From Acidobacteriota bacterium (GTDB lineage Bacteria > Acidobacteriota > JAAYUB01): a stretch of DNA of 64,000 nt. The stretch is taken from contig JAGNHB010000005.1 in the NCBI GenBank assembly GCA_018001935.1, forward strand, positions 59,618 to 123,617, given 5' to 3'. Shown in pieces: positions 18,540 to 27,160 of this stretch (its first letter is position 1; every line of letters starts with the position of its first letter). The notes under the pieces are model-generated. The model saw nothing but the letters and a program-made list of their open reading frames with translations, did not search any database and had not been told where the DNA came from. The position numbers and the translations under genes were made by a program.

Positions 18540-19766
18540 ATGGATTATTTCGACCTTTACCACTGCCTGCGGGACCGGGTGACCACCGACGTCGACACGA
18601 TCGATCTCGGAGGCGGAGTCCGGTTGTTCAACCTGGAATTCCGATCGGTGCACGACCGGATCCTGCCCGGGGAGGATACCTATGCCTGCCCGGTCCACGG
18701 GGCGGAAACCTTCGGGACGGGCGAGTTTGCCGACCCGCGCGGGGTGGTCGAGGGGATCCTGGATCTGCGGGATTCCCGCGTTCGGGAGAACCGGGAGTTC
18801 CGTTACCCCGTTTTTCACCCTCGCGGGGACGGGCGTGCCCGGGACGCCCTCCTGTTTTTTCACGGTTTCAACGAGAAATACTGGCACAAGTACCTGCCCT
18901 GGGCCTACCGGCTGGCGGAACGCACCGGCAGGACGGTGATCCTGTTTCCCATCGCGTTCCACATGAACCGGGCGCCGCTGGCCTGGATCGACCGGCGGTT
19001 GATGCACCGGGCCAGCGAACAGCGGAAGCATGAGTTCCCGGCCGTGATCGGCTCCTCTCTGTCCAACGCCGCCATCAGTATCCGCCTGCAGGCGAAGCCC
19101 CAGCGGTTCTGCTGGTCGGGGCTCCAGACCTATCACGACGCGGTCCGGCTGCTGGAGGACATCCGGGCGGGCGAGCACCCTCTGGTCGAACCCGGCGCGG
19201 TCGTGGACCTTTTCGGCTATTCCATCGGGTGCCTGCTGTCCCAGGTCCTCCTGATGACCGACCCGGCAGGGATACTCTCGGACGCGCGCCTGTGCTGCTT
19301 CTGCGGCGGGGCCGTGTTCAACCGGATGTCCCCCGTCTCGCGGTTCATCCTGGACAGTGAGGCCAACGTCGCTCTCTACTCCTGCCTCGTGGAACACCTG
19401 GACAGCCACCTGCGGGACGATGCCCGGCTGCGCCACCACCTGGGCGAGGCCCACCCCGAGGGGGTCAACTTCCGTTCCATGCTCAGCTATAACGTGATGC
19501 GGAAAGAGCGGGAGGCGCATTTCCGCCGGCTGGGGCCGCGCCTGCTGGCGGTGGCGCTGGAGCAGGACACGGTGATCCCCCCCTGGGAGGTGCGGAATAC
19601 CCTGCAAGGCTCCGACCGAGACCTTCCCGCCGGTGTGGAAACCCTGGATTTTCCCTACCCCTGCCGGCATGAAGATCCGTTCCCCGTGGTCGAACCCCTC
19701 CGCGCTCCCGTGGACGAGGCCTTCCGCGGCGTCTTCGATCTCGTGGCGGACTTCTACGCCCGGTGA
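18540..19766 (+). CDS. Alpha/beta-hydrolase-fold protein (uncharacterised family)
   Basis: The 408-aa ORF has HGFNEKYW (oxyanion-region-like) and a GYSIG nucleophile elbow (GxSxG). Confidence 0.65.
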   Translation: MDYFDLYHCLRDRVTTDVDTIDLGGGVRLFNLEFRSVHDRILPGEDTYACPVHGAETFGTGEFADPRGVVEGILDLRDSRVRENREFRYPVFHPRGDGRARDALLFFHGFNEKYWHKYLPWAYRLAERTGRTVILFPIAFHMNRAPLAWIDRRLMHRASEQRKHEFPAVIGSSLSNAAISIRLQAKPQRFCWSGLQTYHDAVRLLEDIRAGEHPLVEPGAVVDLFGYSIGCLLSQVLLMTDPAGILSDARLCCFCGGAVFNRMSPVSRFILDSEANVALYSCLVEHLDSHLRDDARLRHHLGEAHPEGVNFRSMLSYNVMRKEREAHFRRLGPRLLAVALEQDTVIPPWEVRNTLQGSDRDLPAGVETLDFPYPCRHEDPFPVVEPLRAPVDEAFRGVFDLVADFYAR

Positions 19767-19872
19767 TACCCGCACCCCCCGGCAAGTCTGCAGCCTCCGG
19801 CGAGACGCAGCCGGTTCGTAAACCGTGTCCTGCCCCACATCAGCGGGTATTCGCCAGATCGCCGAAAACCCC

Positions 19873-20325
19873 CTATTCCCCCATGCCGAAGAGTTTTTCG
19901 GGGAGCTTGTATTTTCCCGGCCACGGCTCGTAGCAGACGTCGGACGGCCCCCAGACCAACTCGAGGACTCGCCACTCCCCGTTCTTTCCCTGCTCGAGGA
20001 GCACCACGATCAGCCCGCTGAAGACCTCCGCCGCCACTTCCTCGGCGAACTCCGGCCGGGAGGCCCAGTCGATGGGCCCGCGGGTGGCGGCCTTCAGGGG
20101 CTTGAGGATCGCGAAGGCGTGGCCGTGACCGACGTTGAGCACGTCTGCCTGGAACATCACCGACTCCTTGAGCTTCGCCTCCACGGGCTTTCGGACGGCG
20201 TCCATCACGGCCTTGCGCTCCTCGCTGCCCGGCTTGGGCGTGTGGACGTCGTCCCCCGCGCGGAGAAAACCGGCCGGCAGGAGCAGGATGGCCAGGAAAG
20301 GGTATAAGACGGTTCTGACGCGCAT
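19873..20325 (-). CDS. Secreted hypothetical protein
   Basis: The ATG at 20325 gives MRVRTVLYPFLAILLLPAGFLRAG, a signal-peptide-like N-terminus. The mature part is non-repetitive. Confidence 0.55.
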   Translation of the reverse strand: MRVRTVLYPFLAILLLPAGFLRAGDDVHTPKPGSEERKAVMDAVRKPVEAKLKESVMFQADVLNVGHGHAFAILKPLKAATRGPIDWASRPEFAEEVAAEVFSGLIVVLLEQGKNGEWRVLELVWGPSDVCYEPWPGKYKLPEKLFGMGE

Positions 20326-20619
20326 GGTGCCTCCTCGAGCATGAAAGATCGGCGCAGGGTCGCCTTTCATGAATGTCATACCTTATCCTCGCGCCGAATG
20401 GTAGGAAAAAATCCGGAGCAGGAATCCCCCGGTAAAGCTGCCGGGTGCTTTCCCCGGAAGAGGGATCGATCGCGATGCGCCTTCCCGGGAAGCGGTCTGC
20501 TTGAAAAACGAAAAGCCCGCATCGAGAACCAGGCGCTGGAGGGCTTCGGCGGGGTATTTTTCGATGTTTTTGAAAAAAATCCCGAAAGCGGTGCTGGCTT
20601 TGCGTTGACAGAGTGAGCG

Positions 20620-21372
20620 GGAAGGGACGAAAGGACCAAAAGGACCAAAGGGACCCAAAGGACGGCAGGGATGGTAAGCTTGGGCTCTCAGCGGCCCATT
20701 GTGAGGGAGGGCCCGGCACGGCCCGCCGCGAGGAAGTGCCCGGCACGGCCCGCCGCGAGGAAGTGCCCGGCACGGCCCGCCGCGAGGAAGTGCCCGGCGC
20801 CGCCCGCCGAGTGGAAGTGCCCGGCGTGGCCCGCCGAGGGGGAGGGGCCCGGTGTGGCCTGCCGAGGTGGAGCGCCCGTCACGGCTCACCGTGCGGAAGT
20901 GCCCGGCGAAAAACGGCTGTTCGGCCCGTGCCCCGGCGCCGCCGACCGTTACACCCGGGAGTGTTTGCAACCCTCGACGATCGGGCGCCCCGGGAGCTGC
21001 GCGGGCACAAGGCCGGCTTTCCTCGGAGTTGCCGGCAAACCCAGACGCTCCCCGGGCGCCTCCCGGGCGCCCCCGATGCCCCACCCAGGCCGTTCGGTGG
21101 CACGTTCGGTTCTCCAGCCGCGTCGGGCGTGCCCCGGCCATGACGGGCGCCCCCCGGCCTCATCGGGCGTGCCCCGGCCGCGTCGGGCGTGCCCCGGCCG
21201 CGTCGGGCGTGCCCCGGCCGCGTCGGGCGTGCCCCGGCCGCGTCGGGCGTGCCCCGGCCGCGTCGGGCGTGCCCCGGCCGCGTCGGGTGTCCCCCGGCCG
21301 CGTCGGGTGTCCCTTGCGGTTCACGGCTGTCCTTTATGTCCTTTTGGTCGTTTTGGTCCTTTCGTCCTTTCC
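20620..21372. repeat. GGACCAAA-armed cassette 1: inverted terminal arms enclosing a 27-mer array and a 20-mer array
   Basis: The left arm is GGAAGGGACGAAAGGACCAAAAGGACCAAAGGGACCCAAAGGACGG (20620-20665). The right arm is CTGTCCTTTATGTCCTTTTGGTCGTTTTGGTCCTTTCGTCCTTTCC (21327-21372). A 27-mer array (GCCCGGCACGGCCCGCCGCGAGGAAGT) of about 6 units lies at 20711-20872. A 20-mer array (CGTCGGGCGTGCCCCGGCCG) of about 10 units, 5 of them perfect, lies at 21121-21315. Confidence 0.85.
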
Positions 21373-21398
21373 GGCAACTCTCGGCATGGAGGTGTCCG

Positions 21399-21963
21399 AT
21401 GCCCGACCGCTTCATCCCCCCGCATGGCGGTTACCGAAACCTCCTCTCCTACCAGAAGGCGGAAATCGTCTACGACGCCACGGTTTACTTCTGCGGCCGA
21501 TTTTACGCACGCGGCGACCGCACCATCGACCAGATGGTGCAGGCCGCCCGCTCGGGCAAGCAGAACATCGCCGAAGCGAGCCTGGCGTCGGGGACCTCCA
21601 AGGAGATGGAAATCAAGCTGACCAACGTGGCCCGCGCCAGCCTGGAGGAACTCCTGGCTGACTACCGGGACTTCTTGCGGACGCGCCAATCAAGCGAGTG
21701 GGCCCTGGACCACCCCGGCACGCTGCGCCTGCGGGAACTGAACCGTCAGCCCGGCGTTTCCTACGAAGCGTTTCGCCCCGGCATCGAGCACCGCGACCCG
21801 GCGGTCTGCGCCAACGTGGTCATCGGGCTGATCAAGCTGAGCTGCTACCTCCTCGACCGCCAGTTGAAGCGCCTGGAACAGGATTTTTTGAAGGAGGGGG
21901 GGGCTGCGGGAACGCATGACGCGGGTGAGGGTGGAGGTGAGGAAACGGGAGAGCGGGAGGTAG
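21399..21963 (+). CDS. Four-helix-bundle protein (23S rRNA intervening-sequence protein family, with suffix domain); apparent frameshift at a G8 tract near the 3' end
   Basis: It begins MPDRFIPPHGGYRNLLSYQKAEIVYDATVYFCGRF...SGKQNIAEASLASG..., which matches the family pattern as I recall it. As written the frame reads through to 23519, across trpA on the opposite strand. Removing one G from the G8 run at 21896-21903 gives GGLRERMTRVRVEVRKRESGR and a stop at 21961-21963. Confidence 0.65.
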
Positions 21964-21968
21964 AGAAG

Positions 21969-22333
21969 AGAAGGGACGGAAGGACCAAAACGACCAAAGG
22001 GACCAAAAGGACGGCAAAGAAGCCACAGCCCTCAACGGCCCCCTCCCCGCCGCGCCTGCCGCCCCCCGCCGCGCTGCCGGGCCTCGCCGCGCCTGCCGCC
22101 CCCCGCCGCGCTGCCGCGCCCTGTCGCCCCCTGCCGCCCCACTTGCCGCGCCTGCCGGGCCCCGCCGCGCCTGCCGGGCCCCGCCGCGCTGCCGCCCCCG
22201 CCGCGCCTGCCGCCCCCGCCGCGCCTGCCGCCCCCCGCCGCGCCTGCCGCGCCCTGCAGCCCTCTGCCGCCTCTTTGCGGCCCCCTGCCGTCCCTTATGT
22301 CCTTTGGGTCGTTTTGGTCCTTTTGTCCTTTCT
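21969..22333. repeat. GGACCAAA-armed cassette 2 enclosing a ~16-17 nt GC-rich tandem array
   Basis: The left arm is AGAAGGGACGGAAGGACCAAAACGACCAAAGGGACCAAAAGGACGG (21969-22014). The right arm is CCGTCCCTTATGTCCTTTGGGTCGTTTTGGTCCTTTTGTCCTTTCT (22288-22333). The interior is (CCGCGCCTGCCGCCCC)-like units. Confidence 0.85.
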
Positions 22334-22367
22334 CATACGATGTTCCTGCCTTGCGACCGCTTGGCCT

Positions 22368-23174
22368 TTACCCTCTCGTTGCCGCCTTCATGGCCCTTAC
22401 GAAGGCCGCCAGTTCGCTGCGCAGGGCGTCCGGATCGCCGGCGTGGCGCTCGACGAGGGCCACCATGGCCGAGCCGCTGATGGCGCCCGCGGCGCCGGCG
22501 CGAAGGGCGTCGCGGACGTGCTCCGGCTTCGAGATCCCGAAGCCCAGCAGCGCGGGGGGCGCGCCGGCGTCCCGCAGCCGGGCGACCAGGGCGCGGTGGT
22601 CGGTGCGGGCGTGCTCGTCGGCGCCGGTGACGCCGCCGCGGGTCACGACGTAGGTGTAGCCCTCGGCGAGGCGGGCCACCGCGGCAAGGTCCTCGTCCCG
22701 GCTGTTGGGGGCGGCGATCAGGACCGGCGCGATGCCGTGCGCCCGGGCGCCGGCCGCGTAAGGCCCCGCCTCCAGTGTCGGCGCGTCCGCCACCAGGACC
22801 GAGTCGATCCCGACGTCGGCGCACCGCCGGTAGAAGGCGTCCCGTCCCCGGGCCTCCACGAGGTTGGCGTAGACCAGAAGCCCGACCGGAATCTCGCGGT
22901 TCCGCTCCCGGAACCGGCGGACCAGGTCGAGGGCGCCGCCCGGTGTCATGCCGGCCTCCAGGGCCCGGATGTCGGCTTTCTGGATGGTGGGGCCGTCCGC
23001 CACCGGGTCGGAGAAGGGGATGCCCAGCTCCAGGGCGTCGGCGCCGGCGTCCGCGAGGGTGTGGAGGATGGTCAGGCTCCGTTCGGGGTCCGGGTCGCCC
23101 AGGACCGTGAAGGGGACGAAGGCCCCCTCGCCGGAAGCGGCCAGGCGGGCAAACAGGGTTTCGTATCGGGTCAT
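22368..23174 (-). CDS. trpA: Tryptophan synthase alpha chain
   Basis: MTRYETLFARLAASGEGAFVPFTVLGDPD is a typical TrpA N-terminus, and GIPFSDPVADGPTIQ is present. The ORF-track extension to 23231 is coded by hexamer repeats. Confidence 0.95.
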   Translation of the reverse strand: MTRYETLFARLAASGEGAFVPFTVLGDPDPERSLTILHTLADAGADALELGIPFSDPVADGPTIQKADIRALEAGMTPGGALDLVRRFRERNREIPVGLLVYANLVEARGRDAFYRRCADVGIDSVLVADAPTLEAGPYAAGARAHGIAPVLIAAPNSRDEDLAAVARLAEGYTYVVTRGGVTGADEHARTDHRALVARLRDAGAPPALLGFGISKPEHVRDALRAGAAGAISGSAMVALVERHAGDPDALRSELAAFVRAMKAATRG

Positions 23175-23210
23175 GCTTCCTTCCTTTTCAATCCAGGCCC
23201 CCAACCATCG

Positions 23211-23686
23211 GGGTCGGTATCGGTATCGCAATCGGAATCGGTATGGGTATCGGTATCGGTATCGGAATCGGTATGGGTATCGGTATCGGTATCGGAATCG
23301 GTATCGCTATCGGTATCGCAATCGCAATCGGCATCGCAATCGCAATCGCTCTCGCCCTCGCCGTCGATCTCGCAATCGCACCGCACCCCAGGCCCTTCTG
23401 CCCGCTGTCCTCGGGGGCAAGCCCGCGGCACCGCCCGACCACGGCTTCACACGGGCGCCCCGGGCGCCCCCGTTGCGCCAGGGCCGGTCGCAGCCGCAGG
23501 CGGTTCCCCCGGGCCGTGACCTGGCGCAGGGGCGAGGGAACGGGCGATGCCGGTGGGGATTGCGACTTCCTTGCCGGCTGCGGGAGCGAGAGCGAGGGCG
23601 AGGGCGGTACCGATTGCGATACCGATTGCGATACCGATACCGATACCGATACCGATAGCGATAGCGATACCGATGCCGATGGGAGA
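23211..23686. repeat. Hexamer-word inverted repeat filling the trpB-trpA spacer
   Basis: The left arm is a (GGTATC/GCAATC/GGAATC)n array at ~23211-23380. The right arm is the complementary (GATACC/GATTGC/GATAGC)n array at ~23583-23686. A ~200-nt unique GC-rich core lies between them. Confidence 0.85.
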
Positions 23687-23696
23687 TCTCCGAACA

Positions 23697-24920
23697 TCAG
23701 TGCTCCTTAAGGGTTTGGGGGGGAGGAGGGGGATCGGACATCAGGGCGCGCATCCGGGGCTGGGAGCGGACCTGGTCGAGGTCCTTGTCCCCCCGGCCGC
23801 TGAGGTTGACCAGCAGGAGCGTTCCCGGGGCCGCCGATTCCGTCATCTTCAGCGCGTGGGCCAGGGCGTGGGCCGACTCCAGGGCCGGGATGATCCCCTC
23901 GGCCGCCGAGAGGGCGGCGAAGGCTTCCAGGGCCTCGTCGTCCGTGACGCCCACGTACTCGGCCCGGCCCGTGGCCTTCAGCCAGGCGTGCTCCGGCCCG
24001 ACGCCGGGGTAGTCGAGCCCGGCGGCGACGGAGTGGCTCTCCAGAACCTGGCCGTCGTCGTCCTGCAGCAGGTAGCTGAAAGCGCCGTGCAGGACCCCCG
24101 GCCGTCCCGCCTGGAGGCTCATGCAGTGCTTCCCGGTGTGCAGGCCGCGCCCGGCGGCTTCGACGCCCACCAGCCGGACGTCCGTGTCGTCCACGAAGTC
24201 GGCGAAGATCCCCATGGCGTTGGAACCGCCGCCGACGCAGGCCACGACCGCGTCGGGGAGCCGCCCCTCCGCCGCGAGCACCTGGGCCCTCGCCTCGCGG
24301 CCGATCACCCGCTGGAACTCGCGCACCATGAGGGGGTAGGGGTGCGGCCCCGCCACGGTGCCCAGGACGTAGTGGGTGTCCCCGAAGGAGGCGGCCCAGT
24401 CGCGCAGGGCCTCGTTGACGGCGTCCTTGAGGGTGCGGGAGCCGCTCTCCACGCTCACCACCTCCGCCCCCATGAGCCGCATGCGGAAGACGTTGGGCTG
24501 CTGGCGCTCCACGTCCCGCGCGCCCATGTAGACCCGCGTCTTCAGCCCGAAGAGGGCCCCCGCCATGGCGGTGGCGACGCCGTGCTGCCCCGCGCCGGTC
24601 TCGGCGATGAGGCGGGTCTTGCCGGACCGCCGGGCCAGCAGTGCCTGCGCGAGGACCTGGTTGGTCTTGTGGGCGCCGCCGTGCACCAGGTCCTCCCGCT
24701 TGAGCAGGAGGCGGGCGTTCGTGCCCCGTCCCAGGTTGCGGCAGGCGTAAAGGGGCGTGGGGCGGCCGGCGTAATGGGTCAGGAGATCGCCCAGTTCCGC
24801 CTGGAAGGCCGGGTCGGGGCGGGCCGCGAGGAAGTTGGCTTCCAGTTCCTCCAGGGCGGGGAGGAGGATCTGCGGGACGAAGGCCCCGCCGAAGTCGCCG
24901 AATCTGCCGGATTGTTGCAT
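23697..24920 (-). CDS. trpB: Tryptophan synthase beta chain
   Basis: It has [15 protein letters not shown] (the PLP Lys region) and GGGSNAMG. The length is 407 aa. Confidence 0.95.
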   Translation of the reverse strand: MQQSGRFGDFGGAFVPQILLPALEELEANFLAARPDPAFQAELGDLLTHYAGRPTPLYACRNLGRGTNARLLLKREDLVHGGAHKTNQVLAQALLARRSGKTRLIAETGAGQHGVATAMAGALFGLKTRVYMGARDVERQQPNVFRMRLMGAEVVSVESGSRTLKDAVNEALRDWAASFGDTHYVLGTVAGPHPYPLMVREFQRVIGREARAQVLAAEGRLPDAVVACVGGGSNAMGIFADFVDDTDVRLVGVEAAGRGLHTGKHCMSLQAGRPGVLHGAFSYLLQDDDGQVLESHSVAAGLDYPGVGPEHAWLKATGRAEYVGVTDDEALEAFAALSAAEGIIPALESAHALAHALKMTESAAPGTLLLVNLSGRGDKDLDQVRSQPRMRALMSDPPPPPQTLKEH

Positions 24921-25107
24921 GGTGGTGTTACCTCGGTGATGATGCTGAAGGAGACAGGAGACAGAAGACAGAAGTCAGGAACTGAAAGCCGGGGAGGGAG
25001 GGGAGGCGAGAACGCCGCAAGGGCGGAGGGAGGGAAAACGCAAAGGGTGCGAAGGGTGCGAAAAGTGCGAAAAGTGCGAAAGGCCAAGGGGAAAGAGGAG
25101 AGTGATG

Positions 25108-25252
25108 GGAATAATGGAAGAAATGGAAGAAATGGAAGAGATGGAAGAGATGGAAGAAATGGGAGAGATGGGAGAAATGGGAGAAATGGGAGAAATGGGA
25201 GAAATGGGAGAAATGGGAGAAATGGGAGAAATGGGAGAAATGGGAGAAATGG
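25108..25252. repeat. 9-mer tandem array (ATGGAAGAA/ATGGGAGAA), about 16 units, last ~10 perfect
   Basis: The array was read directly, including GGGAGAAAT repeated without mismatch from ~25160 to 25252. Flanking shorter arrays are GTGCGAARR 9-mers at ~25047-25083 and GACAGRA 7-mers at ~24950-24990. Confidence 0.9.
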
Positions 25253-25295
25253 GATCGCGTTGACCATGGTTGACATCTCTTAAACAGTTTTCTCT

Positions 25296-25390
25296 GCCAC
25301 AGAGGCACGGAGGCACGGAGAAACGCACTTTGTATTTCATAGACAAAACATGCTTTATGGTTCTTCTCCGTGCCTCTGCGCCTCTGTGAG
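25296..25390. repeat. CACRGAGG-word inverted repeat with AT-rich loop
   Basis: The left arm is CTGCCACAGAGGCACGGAGGCACGGAGAAACGC. The right arm is TTCTTCTCCGTGCCTCTGCGCCTCTGTGAG. The loop is ACTTTGTATTTCATAGACAAAACATGCTTTATGG. Confidence 0.8.
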
Positions 25391-25435
25391 ATTAAAATCC
25401 GGACTCTTTACGCCCGCATCACAGTTATTTGCTCC

Positions 25436-25528
25436 TGAAACCCGACACCCGAAACCCGACACCCGAAACCTGAAACCCGAAACCTGAAACCTGAAACCTG
25501 GAACCCGACACCCGACACCTGACACCTA
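25436..25528. repeat. 7-mer microsatellite (CCGAAAC/CCGACAC/CTGAAAC)n abutting the trpCF stop codon
   Basis: About 13 consecutive 7-nt units were read directly. Confidence 0.85.
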
Positions 25529-26935
25529 TCCTCTCAATTCCTCGAACAGCCGCAGCAGCAGCCCCTCGTCCTTGACCCCCGGGGCCGACTCCACGCCGGA
25601 GTTGACGTCGAGGGCGAAAGCGCCCAGAGTGGCGGCCTCGCGTGCGTTCGCGGGGCGGATGCCGCCGGCGACCACCAGCCGGTCCCGTTCGGGGTGATCC
25701 CGCAGGACCGACCAGTCGAAGGTCTCGCCGGTGCCGCCGCGACGGCCCGACCGTTGGGTGTCCAGCAGCAGCCGGTCCGCGCCGGACGCCGCCAGCGCCG
25801 GGATCATGATGCCCCGCGCCTCCCGGGCCGCCGGCGCCGGGACCGGGCCTGCCACGCGGTGCGCCTTCCAGACCTCCGCGGTGGGCGGGAGCGCGGCCTT
25901 CAGGGTGCGAACGTACCCGGCATCCTCCTCGCCGTGGAGCTGGACGACCGCCAGGTCCAGGTCAACCACCGCCCAGCGGACCCGGTCGATCGGGGCGTTC
26001 ACGAAAACGCCCGCCCACCGGAGCGGGGCGGCGTCCCGGACCCGCCGGGCCTGCTCCGGCGTCACGCACCGGGGCGACTCGGCCGCGAAGATCAGCCCGC
26101 CGTAGACGGCGCCCGCCCGCCAGGCGGCGGCGGCGTCCGCCGGGGACGTAAGGCCGCAGACCTTCACTCGCCCGAAGACCAGTTCGCGGGCGGCCCGCCC
26201 GGGGTCGGGCGTTTCCATGAGGGAGGTGCCCACCAGGAACCCCCCGGCGAGGCGCCGAAGCCGTGCCACGTCCGCCCGTCCGCGGATGCCCGACTCGCAG
26301 ACGAGGGCCACCCCCGGCGGGACGAGGGGCGCCAGCCGTTCCGTCACGGCGAGGTCGGTGCGCAGGGTCCTGAAATCGCGGTTGTTGATCCCCACGACGC
26401 CGGCGCCCAGCGCCAGGGCGCGCCTCAGCTCGGCCTCGTCGTGCACCTCCACGAGGGTGTCCTGGGCGAGGGACCGGGCCGCCTCCAGGCAGGCCGTCGC
26501 CGTGGGGTTGTCCAGGACGGAGAGCATGAGGAGGACGGCGTCGGCGCCGTGCAGGCGGGCCTCGTACACCTGGTAGGGGTCCACCACGAAGTCCTTGCAG
26601 AGGACGGGGAGCGAAACCCGCTCCCGGACCCGGCGGACGTCCGCCAGGCTCCCCTGGAAGAAGGGTTCGTCGGCCAGGACGGAAATGGCGTCGGCGACGG
26701 GGTCGAAAGCCTCCGCCAGCCGGACGGGGTCGAAGTCGGCCCGGATCAAACCTCGGGAAGGGGACGCCTTCTTGCACTCGAGGATGAAGGCGGTCCGGCC
26801 GGGGCGGAAGGCGGCGCGCAGGCTTCGGTCCGACGGCCGAAGGTCCGCGGAGAACGCCGCCAGCGGCCGTCGCGCCATCCGCTCCCGCACATCCTGCCGC
26901 TTCCTCTCCAGGATCTCCTCAAGCACCATGATCAT
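25526..26935 (-). CDS. trpCF: Bifunctional indole-3-glycerol-phosphate synthase / phosphoribosylanthranilate isomerase
   Basis: The N-terminal half has ILECKKASPSRGLI (the TrpC motif). The C-terminal half has VKVCGLTS...GGLIF (TrpF). The length is 469 aa. Confidence 0.9.
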   Translation of the reverse strand: MIMVLEEILERKRQDVRERMARRPLAAFSADLRPSDRSLRAAFRPGRTAFILECKKASPSRGLIRADFDPVRLAEAFDPVADAISVLADEPFFQGSLADVRRVRERVSLPVLCKDFVVDPYQVYEARLHGADAVLLMLSVLDNPTATACLEAARSLAQDTLVEVHDEAELRRALALGAGVVGINNRDFRTLRTDLAVTERLAPLVPPGVALVCESGIRGRADVARLRRLAGGFLVGTSLMETPDPGRAARELVFGRVKVCGLTSPADAAAAWRAGAVYGGLIFAAESPRCVTPEQARRVRDAAPLRWAGVFVNAPIDRVRWAVVDLDLAVVQLHGEEDAGYVRTLKAALPPTAEVWKAHRVAGPVPAPAAREARGIMIPALAASGADRLLLDTQRSGRRGGTGETFDWSVLRDHPERDRLVVAGGIRPANAREAATLGAFALDVNSGVESAPGVKDEGLLLRLFEELRG

Positions 26936-27160
26936 TGGACTCCAACGATGATCTCATTCCGCAAGAAGCACAGAACACGCAGAACAACGCAGCATAAAGG
27001 GCGTGCTGGTATTTCTCGAGCCCGAATACCCGGCCGTTGCCAACGCAGGCGCATTGGCCCAAGGAGAAGGACGCCTTCTTGATGCCAAGAGAACCCGCGG
27101 GAGCCTTCCTTGCGTCCCCGCGTCGCTGTGTCACGTTAAATCTCCCGCTGTCGCCGGGTT

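Noticed and set aside
20711-21315. Possible CRISPR array
   Set aside because: The units are directly tandem with no unique spacers. Two different unit lengths occur (27 and 20 nt). There are no cas genes in the window.
21189-23519. 776-aa plus-strand ORF spanning the 20-mer array, the 4HB gene, cassette 2 and all of trpA
   Set aside because: Only residues 71-~240 look like a protein (the 4HB family). The N-terminus is translated tandem repeat. The rest is read-through after a G8 tract and overlaps trpA on the opposite strand.
26936-27160. Inverted-repeat element in the trpD-trpCF spacer
   Set aside because: It contains CRCAGAAC words (26961-26993) and a GC-rich segment with related words. 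The two are not reverse complements when the order is checked, so only a word array was noted and no hairpin element was called.
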